Source: Thermodesulfovibrionales bacterium
GTDB lineage: Bacteria > Nitrospirota > Thermodesulfovibrionia > Thermodesulfovibrionales > SM23-35
Length of the DNA: 64,000 nt
Reading direction: 5' to 3'
Assembly (NCBI GenBank): GCA_963715195.1
Contig: CAVQRT010000030.1
Location: 224,001 to 288,000 of the forward strand
Part shown: one piece after another, positions 20,834-30,702 of the stretch
Layout of the letters: each line of letters opens with the position of its first letter
Numbering within the stretch: the first letter of the stretch is position 1
Program-made: the position numbers and the translations under genes
The notes under the pieces: model-generated
Told to the model about the DNA's origin: nothing
The model's database searches: none
The model's input: the letters and a program-made list of their open reading frames with translations, nothing else

Positions 20834-20865
20834 AATATATCAGATAAATGTTACAAGAATGTTAA
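20834..20865 (-). promoter_or_regulatory. PHO-box-like promoter of arsC (leaderless)
   Basis: TTAAC(20865)/GTAAC(20854); -10 TATATT 15 nt later; ATG 6 nt after -10. Confidence 0.65.
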
Positions 20866-21297
20866 AAGATTTCTCGTGTTTAAAAGGTTCATTAATGAAT
20901 ATTCCTGATTGAATTTAGTATTTCTAAGGATGCAATAGGCAGGATTTAGTTCAGGAAGGACTGTTGCCTTTGAAATCAATCATTGAAACTGAGTCATTGT
21001 AGATGAAGTGTGCAGTGTCTATGTTTGTGTGGAGCAGCGAAATATTAGACCAAAAACCTATCCTGAGGCACTGCGCCTAAATTGTGCCCATTTTGTATCC
21101 TCTCCATTTTCTTCTGCATTTCATTGTGCAAAGGTATGACCTTCTCAGATGCGCTCATCAAATCCGCATTGATGATGTTTTGGGTTAGGTGCGATATTGA
21201 GATGAAAATCAACAATTTTATATATAACGTCTCCTTTCTGTTCAACACTCACCACTGTTACGCTGAAATAATATTTATAGTTCGCACATTTATTTCT

Positions 21298-23274
21298 TCA
21301 GAGTTGAATTGATAGTCCAGCAAGGAAATTTCTTTTTGGTGATGGATAGAATGCTTTTTCAAGAGGGAATCCTCCAAGCACGCCATATTCTGAACACTCC
21401 TCATCCAGAATATTGTTTACAGACAGGAAAAGCTCCAGAGATTTCCATTGATACTGCACTTTACTGTTAAGAACAAAGTAGCTCTCTTGGTCGCTGTAAG
21501 TGTTTGAAAAATCGCTTATGAAGGGACGCTCCCCAACATATAACCCGTTCAGAGTGAGAGTGAGGCCGTTGCGAAAAGTAGAAACGGCATCAAAAGATAC
21601 GGTATGTTCGGGGACGTTTGGAACCGTGCTCCCGTCGAATGCTCCTCCGCGTATCTCTGCATTGATATATGTATATGCCCCCCTTAAGGTTAACCAGTCC
21701 ACTGGTTTTGCAGAACAGGCAATCTCAATGCCGTCACGACGAGTCTTTCCATCTAAATTTTCGTTTGTGTAAGTTATTGGATTAAAGAGTATTTCATCAT
21801 TTGTATCCATTCTAAAAAAGTTTACATGGACATATATTTCATCAGAGAAATAATGTCTAACCCCAATCTCGTAATCATCGGTTGATTGAGGCTTTAAATG
21901 GGTATTTACTGTATTGGTGAAGAAACTATAGAGTTCATCAAGCAGGGGATATCGAAAGCTCCTTGCAAAACTAAGGTAAATATAAGATTTCTCATAGAAA
22001 GCATAGTTTACACCGGCGGTGTAGAGATCTTTTCTCATATCTATTTCATCGGGAGTGCTCGGACTAAAAGTAAATTGTGCTTTATCATGTCGATATCCTC
22101 CTGATAGATAAAGTGTATCTGCAATATTTATATCGTCATGTAAATAATAACCATAATTTTCCTTCTGAAGATCAAATTTTCCTATGGAACCAACCCCGAA
22201 AAAAAGAGACTCATTCACAATATCATTATCGGCATTAGCGTAATCCATCCCAAGAGTAAACGTATTCTTAGCTTTCCCTAGAGAATTTTTCAGAAGCACT
22301 TGTGGCGACAATGTCACGGTTTCAATCTCGCTATCACCTTCAAAATATCCAAAATCACCAGTAGCGAAGGAGAAAAAATCCCTTTTTCTGTAAGCTATGT
22401 CGAATTTCAATACATCATCATCGAGAAAATAGAACATAGGGTCAACTTTGAAATAATAATCCTCAACATCTATATAATCATCAGGATGTTTAGAATCAGT
22501 CCTTGAAGCCCCCGCAGCAAAATCGCTCTCTTTCAATGCACCTGGAAGACCTGTGATGTCTTTATGATATCCACTGTTAAAATGTAATTTCAGGAAATCA
22601 CTTGCCTCATAATTTAAGTTTAATCCAACATCCTTCGCTTCTGTGTCACTGTTGTCCCTATATCCATCCGATGTTAAATAGTCACCTGATAAATTGTAGG
22701 ACAGGTTCTCATAACTACCACTCACATATCCATTGGCTTTGAAGGTGTCGTAACTTCCGTTAGCTAACTCGCCTCCAAATTTCAACGCATCTCCTTCTTT
22801 TGTAATGATGTTAATCACACTTCCGCTTGCATTGTCGCCATAAAGGACGGCTCCTCTTCCACCACGCATAATTTCAATCCTTTCAACACTTTCAAGAGGA
22901 ACGAGAGTCCAGTCAACGGCGCTTAGATCAGGTTCATTGACTCGTCTTCCGTCTATCAACAGAAGTGTATTTGAAGAAGCGGTTTCTCCAAAACCACGCA
23001 AGTCAACGTTGAATGACCGGCGGTTTCCCGTAATATCACTGACATGAATTGCAGCCTTCGTTGCAAGAAGTTCAGGGACATCCTTCGAGGATGAATTTTC
23101 AATATCATCTCTGGTGAGAATGGTAACGTTGGCCGGAACTGTTGATGCAATTTCCTCATACCGTGTTGCAGTCACAACGAGATCATCAAGTGTGACATGC
23201 AGTTCGGCTGCTGAAGTTGAAAGCCAAGAGAAAAAAAGAAGAAAGAACAACGATACAACAAGTAGATTTTTCAT
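21298..23274 (-). CDS. TonB-dependent receptor, probably cobalamin (BtuB-like)
   Basis: Signal peptide, LVVTATR, LRGF..LLLIDGR, ERIEIMRG..LYG; B12 riboswitch upstream. Confidence 0.88.
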   Translation of the reverse strand: MKNLLVVSLFFLLFFSWLSTSAAELHVTLDDLVVTATRYEEIASTVPANVTILTRDDIENSSSKDVPELLATKAAIHVSDITGNRRSFNVDLRGFGETASSNTLLLIDGRRVNEPDLSAVDWTLVPLESVERIEIMRGGRGAVLYGDNASGSVINIITKEGDALKFGGELANGSYDTFKANGYVSGSYENLSYNLSGDYLTSDGYRDNSDTEAKDVGLNLNYEASDFLKLHFNSGYHKDITGLPGALKESDFAAGASRTDSKHPDDYIDVEDYYFKVDPMFYFLDDDVLKFDIAYRKRDFFSFATGDFGYFEGDSEIETVTLSPQVLLKNSLGKAKNTFTLGMDYANADNDIVNESLFFGVGSIGKFDLQKENYGYYLHDDINIADTLYLSGGYRHDKAQFTFSPSTPDEIDMRKDLYTAGVNYAFYEKSYIYLSFARSFRYPLLDELYSFFTNTVNTHLKPQSTDDYEIGVRHYFSDEIYVHVNFFRMDTNDEILFNPITYTNENLDGKTRRDGIEIACSAKPVDWLTLRGAYTYINAEIRGGAFDGSTVPNVPEHTVSFDAVSTFRNGLTLTLNGLYVGERPFISDFSNTYSDQESYFVLNSKVQYQWKSLELFLSVNNILDEECSEYGVLGGFPLEKAFYPSPKRNFLAGLSIQL

Positions 23275-23314
23275 GTTTCCTCCCTCGAGAAATTTAAAGA
23301 TTTGTTACTTTCAG

Positions 23315-23480
23315 GGTGGATAGGTCTTCCGGCTTAGGGCTTCCTACTTGCCTGCCTTCCCATCACGGTATCGCCCATGACAGTGGTTTATGTGTGGCTT
23401 TCGTTCCCTTCACGGCTGCGGGGCAGCGGGAGAATCACCTATGTAGTTCACTCCTCTTCCCTGACATCCACTCAATTGGA
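23315..23480 (-). ncRNA. Cobalamin riboswitch
   Basis: Minus strand AGGGAA..GTGAA..CGCTGCCCCGCAGCCGTGA..CCACTG..TGGGAAGG..AAGCCGGAAGACCT; ends approximate. Confidence 0.9.
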
Positions 23481-23852
23481 AATACAGAATTAATTCAGTT
23501 ACTATCACCTCCTCTGGCAAGATATGTTATCAAATTGCCTATCGAAAATCTACATAAAGCTAGGGCGGTCTATCAAGAATACATGCGAGGCTGAGTTCTC
23601 GGAGCATACATTCATAGGGTTTAGACAGGAAATCCGCAATATTTGAAATTTTCAGCGATGAACAGTTCTATGGTATGCCGTGCAAAACCGCAAAAGGTGT
23701 TACGGCTGAAGATATCCTCTGACCTGTCAAAGCCAAATACCTTGCTCAGTTCTGCAAAGATCTGATGAATGTCAGAATCCTTGAAAATATCCTGGTCAGT
23801 ATAGGTTTTTCTGAACCAGAAATATTATATATGTCCCAAATAAGCACTTTTT

Positions 23853-24422
23853 TCAAAACTCTAAAATGATCTCTGAAAGAGGACGTTTCGGAACATGATG
23901 GACGTCCTTTTCGTCCCGCCAGTACTTTATATCATCCTTTTGTACTTCCTCAATTAAAACAGTTTCTTTGCGCACTCCGAGGGCAATGACAAGCAGTATT
24001 TCATATCTTTCAGGAATCTTCAGAGAATCTCTCAATTTTTCTCTCTGCACTGAACCGACTATACATCCGCCAAGATCCCTTGCTGTGGCTCCAAGAAGAA
24101 TACTGTGAGCTGCTATTCCGTGATCACATCCAAAGTTCTTCGTAATTTCTGTATCGCCAAGAATGACTATATATGCTGATGGCCTCTCGCCTTCCTTAGG
24201 ACCAGGCCATTCTTTCAGATATCCAGCCCACGCAAGATGGGGATAGATAAGACTATTCTTGTCTGGAGTATTAGAAATTATGTATTTCAGAGGTTGGAGA
24301 TTTGCGGATGACGGTGAAAGTCTGGCGAGGTTTACTAAATCTTTCAGTATTTCAGTACTTATACTTCTATCCTGATAAAATCTTCTGCAACTTCTGTTTT
24401 TCCGAATAAGGTTTTCAATCAT
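23853..24422 (-). CDS. Nitroreductase family protein
   Basis: NRSCRRF, ARLSPSSANLQP, WAGYL, HHVPKR. Confidence 0.9.
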   Translation of the reverse strand: MIENLIRKNRSCRRFYQDRSISTEILKDLVNLARLSPSSANLQPLKYIISNTPDKNSLIYPHLAWAGYLKEWPGPKEGERPSAYIVILGDTEITKNFGCDHGIAAHSILLGATARDLGGCIVGSVQREKLRDSLKIPERYEILLVIALGVRKETVLIEEVQKDDIKYWRDEKDVHHVPKRPLSEIILEF

Positions 24423-24570
24423 TGTGCGCCACCTCTTCCAATGCATCTTTCTTCAGTGATTTCTCTGCAAGCTTCCTCTTTTTAGACGGCATTATTTTCC
24501 CTTTTAAGGAGGTTAAAGGGATCCTCTCCCTGGATGCTTTTTTGAGTAATTTCACTGTTTCCTTCTTCAT
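24415..24570 (-). CDS. Small Lys-rich protein (51 aa)
   Basis: MKKETVKLLKKASRERIP..KKRKLAEK; stop overlaps nitroreductase start; weak RBS. Confidence 0.4.
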   Translation of the reverse strand: MKKETVKLLKKASRERIPLTSLKGKIMPSKKRKLAEKSLKKDALEEVAHND

Positions 24571-25087
24571 TCTGTTCAATCTCTCTTGTGCTTTTTGTTT
24601 ATATTATATCTGAAATTTTATACTCAAAAGTGGCATTATGCCCTGTCATAAAATCGCAATAGAAATAGATCGTTTTTATCTGATAAAGAAGGACTGTATC
24701 AGATTGCTGAGCATTTCAATGACGTCATGAGAGTATTGAAAAAATACACCATAGGCAATTGCTTCATGTCATAGAAGAAGGTATTAAATATTTTTAGGGA
24801 GATAATCTATAATCGAAGCTTTTCAAATTATTAATTCAGAATAATTTCGGCTCAAAATAATCTCTAAATGGTTCGCACCGGTCCTTCCTTCCCGCAATGT
24901 TATCGAGAAGCCCATCTATAAATGAGATAGGCAATTGGACCGGAAGAGTGCATTTGGAAAAAGCCTTCTTAAAGCCTGTGTATTTCGATGAGTTTACCTG
25001 CTTATTGACCAGCCGCTTAATAATTTTCAGACAATCTTCCAAAAGACATCATGCGTTATAATATTTTCTGGCTCATATCATTTATAA

Positions 25088-25678
25088 ATGGAGACAAAAA
25101 GCTCTATGCCGAAAAGAGCAATCATAGACATCGACAACACCTTATGGCATTTTTGTGATGCACTTCATGATGAATTGAAGAAGCTTAACAAGAAATTCCC
25201 ACCCCCTGACAGTTGGACTCATTGGGATCTCTGGGAAGGGTACTGTTCGGAGGAGGACTTCTACAGTGCTGTCAATGCCATTCATTTAAATCAGAACAGT
25301 GATAGCTATCTGCCCTATCCAGAAGCAAGAGATTTTCTCTGCAACCTCAGAGAAAATGATTACCATATCACTATAGCGAGCCACAGGTCACCCGATCACA
25401 GAAAACAAACCGAAATGTGGCTCGATAAGCATGGTCTTGTCTATGACGAATTGCACCTCTCTTTTAATAAAACCCAGTTGTTTGATGAATTTACCGATGT
25501 TGTTGTTGATGATGCACCACGAGTATTGGAGAAAGCAGTGCAGAAAGGTGTGATAGCCATAGGGTTACTGTTCCCGTGGAATCGAGCTTATGCAAATAAC
25601 GGATTCACACTTCTCAACAGTCTGAACGACATTTTGAACTATATCCTAAAAGGAAGGTCGGATGATCCTCAAGAATAG
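25088..25678 (+). CDS. HAD-superfamily nucleotidase-like protein (NT5C-like)
   Basis: IDIDNTL, PYPEA, W L.KHG..YDEL, VDDAP, PWN. Confidence 0.75.
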   Translation: METKSSMPKRAIIDIDNTLWHFCDALHDELKKLNKKFPPPDSWTHWDLWEGYCSEEDFYSAVNAIHLNQNSDSYLPYPEARDFLCNLRENDYHITIASHRSPDHRKQTEMWLDKHGLVYDELHLSFNKTQLFDEFTDVVVDDAPRVLEKAVQKGVIAIGLLFPWNRAYANNGFTLLNSLNDILNYILKGRSDDPQE

Positions 25679-25733
25679 GGATTCAGCGCAGTCGGATACA
25701 GACACACTATCATCCTTCTAAGGAATAATTCCA

Positions 25734-27077
25734 ATGCAACCACTATCACAAGAAGAACAATACTCAGGGTTACCTGTTTTTACCCTTTCCGAATTAAACA
25801 CAAGTATCAAAGAAGCTTTAGGACTTGCCTTTCCTGAATCGGTATGGGTTGTTGCCGAAATATCTGAGATTAGATGCAATTCCAAAGGGCATTGTTATCT
25901 TGAACTCGTAGAAAGAGAGGAAGAAGAAACCATAGCCCAAATCAGAGCAAACATATGGGCATATACGTTTAGAGGCATCGCTTCCAAGTTTGAAAAAGCA
26001 ACCGGAGAAAGCCTGAAGCAGGGCATGAAGGTATTACTCCAGGTCAATGTGACGTTCCATGAAGTCTACGGTCTTAGCCTAAACGTAAGAGATATAGACC
26101 CCACTTATTCACTTGGGGAAATGGTAAGGAAAAAGAGAGAAATCATTGACCGGTTAACAAAAGAGGGCTTGCTGCAATTGAATAAACAGATCCCCTTACC
26201 CTTAGTGCCCCAAAAAATTGCTGTCATATCCTCAGTAACAGCAGCGGGGTATGGTGATTTTATAAATCACCTTGTTGATAACCCCTACGGCTACAAAATC
26301 TTTCATACGCTTTATCATTCCGCGATGCAGGGTCAGGAGGCCGAGTCATCCATCATTTCCGCTTTAAGGAAAATAAGGGGCCACAAAGATCTTTTTGATG
26401 CAGTAGTAATAGTAAGAGGCGGAGGTTCACAGATTGATTTGAGCTGTTTCGATACCTATGGGCTTGCTGTCGAAGTGGCACAATTCCCCCTGCCTGTTAT
26501 CACCGGAATAGGGCATGAAAGGGATGACACGGTAGCAGACTTAGTAGCCCACACAAAGCTTAAAACACCCACCGCGGTAGCCGAATTTCTGCTGTCAGGA
26601 ATGAGCAGCTTTGAAGAAAGGCTATCGAATGCGCAGAGGACATTAGCTCATCTGATAGACGAATCAATGAAGGAAGAAACCCACCGGTTTCAGTATCTTG
26701 TTCAACATTTCAGACATATTGTTCGAGACAGGTTCAGCGGTGAAATGAGCAGGATAGAGATAGTCTTGCACAAACTTATTCATGAAACAACGCAGTCAAT
26801 AAACAGCCACAATAGCAGTCTGAAACTCGATATGAGCAGGATTGTTGGCGGATTAAATAAACTTTTCCAGCAAAAGGAAAACAGGATAAAGCATTGTGGT
26901 CAGGCACTAAGGCTTCTCGATCCAGTAAATGTCCTGAAAAGGGGCTACAGCATTACATACTTTAAAGAAAAGGCTGTCAAGGATATTGCAACCTTGCAGG
27001 AAGGGGATATAATAAGAACCAGGGTTTACAAGGGGATGGTCAAAAGCAAAGTGGAGGCTTTACATGCGGAAGAATAA
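25734..27077 (+). CDS. xseA: Exodeoxyribonuclease VII large subunit
   Basis: WVVAEIS..GHCYL.L, VRGGGS..DL, TGIGHERD, TPTAVA, LKRGYS. Confidence 0.95.
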   Translation: MQPLSQEEQYSGLPVFTLSELNTSIKEALGLAFPESVWVVAEISEIRCNSKGHCYLELVEREEEETIAQIRANIWAYTFRGIASKFEKATGESLKQGMKVLLQVNVTFHEVYGLSLNVRDIDPTYSLGEMVRKKREIIDRLTKEGLLQLNKQIPLPLVPQKIAVISSVTAAGYGDFINHLVDNPYGYKIFHTLYHSAMQGQEAESSIISALRKIRGHKDLFDAVVIVRGGGSQIDLSCFDTYGLAVEVAQFPLPVITGIGHERDDTVADLVAHTKLKTPTAVAEFLLSGMSSFEERLSNAQRTLAHLIDESMKEETHRFQYLVQHFRHIVRDRFSGEMSRIEIVLHKLIHETTQSINSHNSSLKLDMSRIVGGLNKLFQQKENRIKHCGQALRLLDPVNVLKRGYSITYFKEKAVKDIATLQEGDIIRTRVYKGMVKSKVEALHAEE

Positions 27078-27282
27078 ACTGACCTATACATCGGCGATTA
27101 CCGAGCTTGAAAAGATTGTGGAAGAAATTGAATCCGGTGAAATAGATGTTGATGTTCTTACGGAAAAGGCAAAGAGGGCATCGGAGTTGATAAAATTCTG
27201 TAAAGACAGGTTGCGAAATACGCAGAAAGAAGTCGAGAAAACCTTAATTGATATAGCCGACCCTAAGGCTGAAGAAGAGTAA
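27064..27282 (+). CDS. xseB: Exodeoxyribonuclease VII small subunit
   Basis: Y..A..ELEKIV..IESG..L..C...L; follows xseA. Confidence 0.92.
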   Translation: MRKNKLTYTSAITELEKIVEEIESGEIDVDVLTEKAKRASELIKFCKDRLRNTQKEVEKTLIDIADPKAEEE

Positions 27283-27300
27283 TGTCCTGAGAGCAATAGC

Positions 27301-27729
27301 GAATCCTACGGCCATTATCTGCATGAAGCATCTCGGGGAACCGATGAAAGTCCTCTCGTAACCTATTGGGAGCCAAAATCTGTAAGCAGGGAAATAACGT
27401 TTCAGGAAGACACGAATAACTGGCAGATCATCGCAAAAACCATAGCCGAAGTTACCAGGGAAGTCGTTGACGATATCAAGGAGAAAGGGTACAAAAGCAA
27501 AACGGTCACCCTGAAGGTGCGATTCAGTGATTTCAAGACTTATACGAGGACAATTACACTTCAGGAGCCGACTGATTCACTCGAACATATAAGGAGATCA
27601 GTATTCCAGTGTCTTAAGAGGATTGAACTGAAAATGAAAGTCCGGCTCATCGGTGTGCGCCTGACACATATTGTTAAGAAGAAGATTAACGATAAAAAAT
27701 GCACTGTTAGATCAGGTCGATTTCTATGA
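27301..27729 (+). pseudogene. C-terminal remnant of DNA polymerase IV (little-finger domain)
   Basis: SYGHYLHEASRG.DESP..EPKSVSREITF..KTVTLKVRFSDF.T.TR..VRLIGVRL; no catalytic domain and no start at its 5' end. Confidence 0.8.
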
Positions 27730-27880
27730 GAGCCCGAAATACCCTAAGAAATGTTGACCTTGATAAAGAATGGTTAAGAAAGCAGTTAATCCAACTCGCC
27801 CTTCCCTAAAACGCTCTTCCCCGACCCAAACGACTCTTGCAATATTTCCCCTAAAGAGTAAAATATAATTAAGAAAAGGA

Positions 27881-28047
27881 ATTGCGATACTCAGGACGGG
27901 ATTAACCTGAGGATCAGACTCAGTAAGGGAGCAGGAGTTAGATGCAGGCGAGTAGCCCTCCCGCAACGAGGAGGAAACCCAAAGCATTTACCGAAGCACC
28001 CACCTGAAAGAAAGGGCTCAAGGTATCCCGCATCTGAGATCGCAAAT
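27881..28047 (+). ncRNA. ssrS: 6S RNA
   Basis: Closing stem TTGCGAT-CTCAG-CGGGAT-ACCTGAG / CTCAAGGT-ATCCCG-CTGAG-ATCGCAA; internal GGGAGC and GCACCCACC; upstream TTGCAA-N16-TAAAAT. Confidence 0.75.
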
Positions 28048-28180
28048 TATTCTGGAGCCATTTAAGGGTATTTGGTCATCCTGGCAGGAAAAGCTGAAGT
28101 TGATATTGCCAGCGTAAAGAGGTTGTCCAATCAGCTTAAACCCTTAAAATGGCTCTATTTGTTTTATGGGGTAAACAGCT

Positions 28181-29494
28181 TCACACTTTGATATGTAGCA
28201 GGGGCAATCCAAGCCTCTGTCTTTTATTCTCACCCTTAAACAAATTTGTTGCCCTCTGGGGGACATCGTCCCGTTCTCCCTCATGCTGAGCCTGTATTTT
28301 TGTCGGCAGGCTTGCTGCGTGATGGACTGTGTATTTCCCAAACAGTTTTGACAGTTCATCGACAGCATGATAAATCCTGGACATCTTCTCTATCCTTGCA
28401 GGGTCATCAAAAAGTGTATGCTGAACAGCTATCTCTGAGACGAGGCCGGCCAGGATAATTCCTGTCTGACGATAAAAGCTGTGAAGCTTATAAACACGTT
28501 TAAACCCGTCCCGTAATGGGCCAAAAAGGTCTGATGGATAGGCGGTAGGGCGGGTCAATTTCATCTCGATCCCGCTATTTCTGAACTCCTTCGTCCTGAG
28601 AAAGATTATGAGCCTTGTTGCAGCGAGGTTATAACGCCGCGCCTTGATACAGGCATTCTCCAGGTTTTTTGCAAGCTGGGCAAAGATGAATGTTTCATCG
28701 TTAGAGGGAGGAGTAAAGGTCTTCGCTTTGCTGATAGACTGGTAGCTGCTCTTTTCTTCTGTGGTAACGGGATAGACAGACCGTCCATTCAGCTCATGCC
28801 AGATTTCCTGGTAGGGCTTGGAGAGGTGATTCCTTATAAAGTGTTCGTCCTCTTTGGCAAACTGCAGTGCTGTTATAATGCCGTACTTTCTCAGGAAAGC
28901 AGCTGTGTTGGGTCCAATCCCCCAGACTTTTTCGACAGGAAGATCTTTGAGATAGAGATGAATATCCCTTCCCGGAATGACGGTAAGTCCGTGTGGCTTT
29001 TTATGCTTTGATCCTATTTTTGCAAGAACCTTGGAAATACTCAGTCCAATTGATACGGTAAGCCCCAATTCTTCTTCAACCGCTTCCTGCATCTTCTGGG
29101 CAATCATTCCATAAGAGCCATGAAAACTTCTCCTCAGTCCTGTCAGGTCGGCAAAAGCCTCATCTATCGAGTACTCCTCCACATCAGGTGAAAAGCGTCT
29201 GAGTATCTCAAACATTCGGAGGGAGAAAAGGCTGTATGTCTCATAATCAGAGGGCAGGATAATGATATCCGGGCAGACCTTCTTTACTTCATAGAGGCTC
29301 ATCCCCCTTTTAACACCACTGGCTTTCGCCTCATAGCTAGCTGCTGCAACAATTCCCCGTTCCTTGCCCGTTATAACAGGTTTCCCCATGAGCTCCGGGT
29401 GGATTGCCTGTTCGCAGGAAGCAAAGAAGGCGTCTGCATCCAGATGGATGATCGCCCTCGGCCACGAATGGATCGTTAAAGGCTGGTTATCCAT
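28181..29494 (-). CDS. dinB: Y-family DNA polymerase (DinB/Pol IV-like)
   Basis: HLDADAFFAS, AASYEAK, YSIDEAF, KPHG, VWGIG. Confidence 0.9.
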   Translation of the reverse strand: MDNQPLTIHSWPRAIIHLDADAFFASCEQAIHPELMGKPVITGKERGIVAAASYEAKASGVKRGMSLYEVKKVCPDIIILPSDYETYSLFSLRMFEILRRFSPDVEEYSIDEAFADLTGLRRSFHGSYGMIAQKMQEAVEEELGLTVSIGLSISKVLAKIGSKHKKPHGLTVIPGRDIHLYLKDLPVEKVWGIGPNTAAFLRKYGIITALQFAKEDEHFIRNHLSKPYQEIWHELNGRSVYPVTTEEKSSYQSISKAKTFTPPSNDETFIFAQLAKNLENACIKARRYNLAATRLIIFLRTKEFRNSGIEMKLTRPTAYPSDLFGPLRDGFKRVYKLHSFYRQTGIILAGLVSEIAVQHTLFDDPARIEKMSRIYHAVDELSKLFGKYTVHHAASLPTKIQAQHEGERDDVPQRATNLFKGENKRQRLGLPLLHIKV

Positions 29495-29516
29495 ATGTTT
29501 CCTGAAGGAGGTAAAA

Positions 29517-30110
29517 CTACCGGTATTTTCTGACTACTGCCGTTACTACACCGGCAATCTTGAGTTCTTTTCTCGGTCTGATCAGCTGATACTTGGGATT
29601 TGCGGGAATGAGCACTACGCTCTCACCGCGTTTTTTAAGGTATTTCATCGTCCATTCACCGTCGACCTCGGCAATGACAATGTCTCCACTCTTGGGTTGT
29701 TCTCCCTTATCGACAAGCACCATATCACCGGGGAGTATGCCTGCCTCTGACATCGAATCTCCCGATACTTTCAGTAAAAAGGTTGCCTCAGGATTCTGTA
29801 TGAGGAGATCATCGAGAGACAGGTTATCAGCGAGCTCCTCCTCGGCAGGACTTGGAAATCCTGCCTCTACTGTTCCGAGCAGTTTTACCGGTAATCCTAT
29901 GGAGAGCGCTATAAGCCTTCCCTTATCATCTCGTTCGAGAACTTTTAGTTTTTCGAGTTTGTTGACGAGTCTATAGACCGCGTTTTTGGACCGAAATCCA
30001 GTCATCTCTGCTATTTCTGAATAACTCGGCATTCTGCCTCTCTGAAGATAAAAATTGGCTATCTTCTTGATTCTGCTCCTCAGCTTGTCTTCTCTGACTG
30101 TATTCTTCAT
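29517..30110 (-). CDS. lexA: LexA-family repressor (wHTH + S24 peptidase)
   Basis: PSYSEIA..GFRSKNAV, VEAGFP cleavage site, VSGDSM, TMKYL. Confidence 0.85.
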   Translation of the reverse strand: MKNTVREDKLRSRIKKIANFYLQRGRMPSYSEIAEMTGFRSKNAVYRLVNKLEKLKVLERDDKGRLIALSIGLPVKLLGTVEAGFPSPAEEELADNLSLDDLLIQNPEATFLLKVSGDSMSEAGILPGDMVLVDKGEQPKSGDIVIAEVDGEWTMKYLKKRGESVVLIPANPKYQLIRPRKELKIAGVVTAVVRKYR

Positions 30111-30116
30111 GGCTTC

Positions 30117-30146
30117 ATTATAGAGTGAACGATAGTTCACTGTCAA
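30117..30146 (-). promoter_or_regulatory. Consensus sigma70 promoter with SOS box in the spacer
   Basis: TTGACA-N18-TATAAT; palindrome AGTGAAC-GATA-GTTCACT 30124-30141; ATG 6 nt after -10. Confidence 0.88.
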
Positions 30147-30198
30147 TAGATTTGGTTATACATATAAAAGACTTCTTCGTTTTATGGTACTTTATGAT

Positions 30199-30520
30199 AT
30201 GTGTGGCTGTTTTGTGAAAAGCAGCACCATCAAGAAAATCGCGGAATATTTTGACGTAGATCACCCCTCATTCGAGTTCGAGCCAAGCTATAACGTGGCT
30301 CCAACACATGACATACTAATAAGATCATAAGTATGAAGACATTAATTATAAAATCCCTCCTAACCTCCCTTTGCCAAAGGGAGGTTTTATACCCCTCTTT
30401 GGCAAAGAGGGGCGTGGGGAGATTTTTTGAGAATGATGTCTTACTTATGCACTCCTTAGTAACTATCATCAAAATCGGGGAGTAAAGCAGTTGGTTAAAT
30501 GTCACTGGGGATTTCCGTAT
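30199..30520 (+). pseudogene. SOS response-associated peptidase (SRAP/YedK) remnant
   Basis: MCGCF..EPSYNVAPTHDI, then MITE, then KQLVKCHWGF. Confidence 0.78.
30316..30459. mobile_element. 144-bp MITE flanked by TA
   Basis: TA at 30314-15 and 30460-61; imperfect TIRs CTAA..CATAAGTA..AGACAT; internal palindromes CCTCCCTTTGCCAAAGGGAGG and CCCCTCTTTGGCAAAGAGGGG. Confidence 0.75.
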
Positions 30521-30702
30521 TTGGTTATTTTTACTATACCAAAAGACATATCTAATGAGCATGAACATGCGTCCCTATTTATTCTATTTATTTATCCACC
30601 TATTTATTTGCCGTGAAACAGTAGAAACCTTTTAATGGTTACGGTATACTTTTTTGCGGCTATACTGACAGCAAAGGGGTAGAACATCTGTACTAACAGG
30701 GT

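Noticed and set aside
23621..23825. Startless minus-strand frame YFWFRKTYTDQDIF..
   Set aside because: Protein-like but unrecognised; cannot be assigned without a search
30230..30568. 112-aa minus-strand ORF
   Set aside because: Translation of the MITE and the antisense of the SRAP remnant
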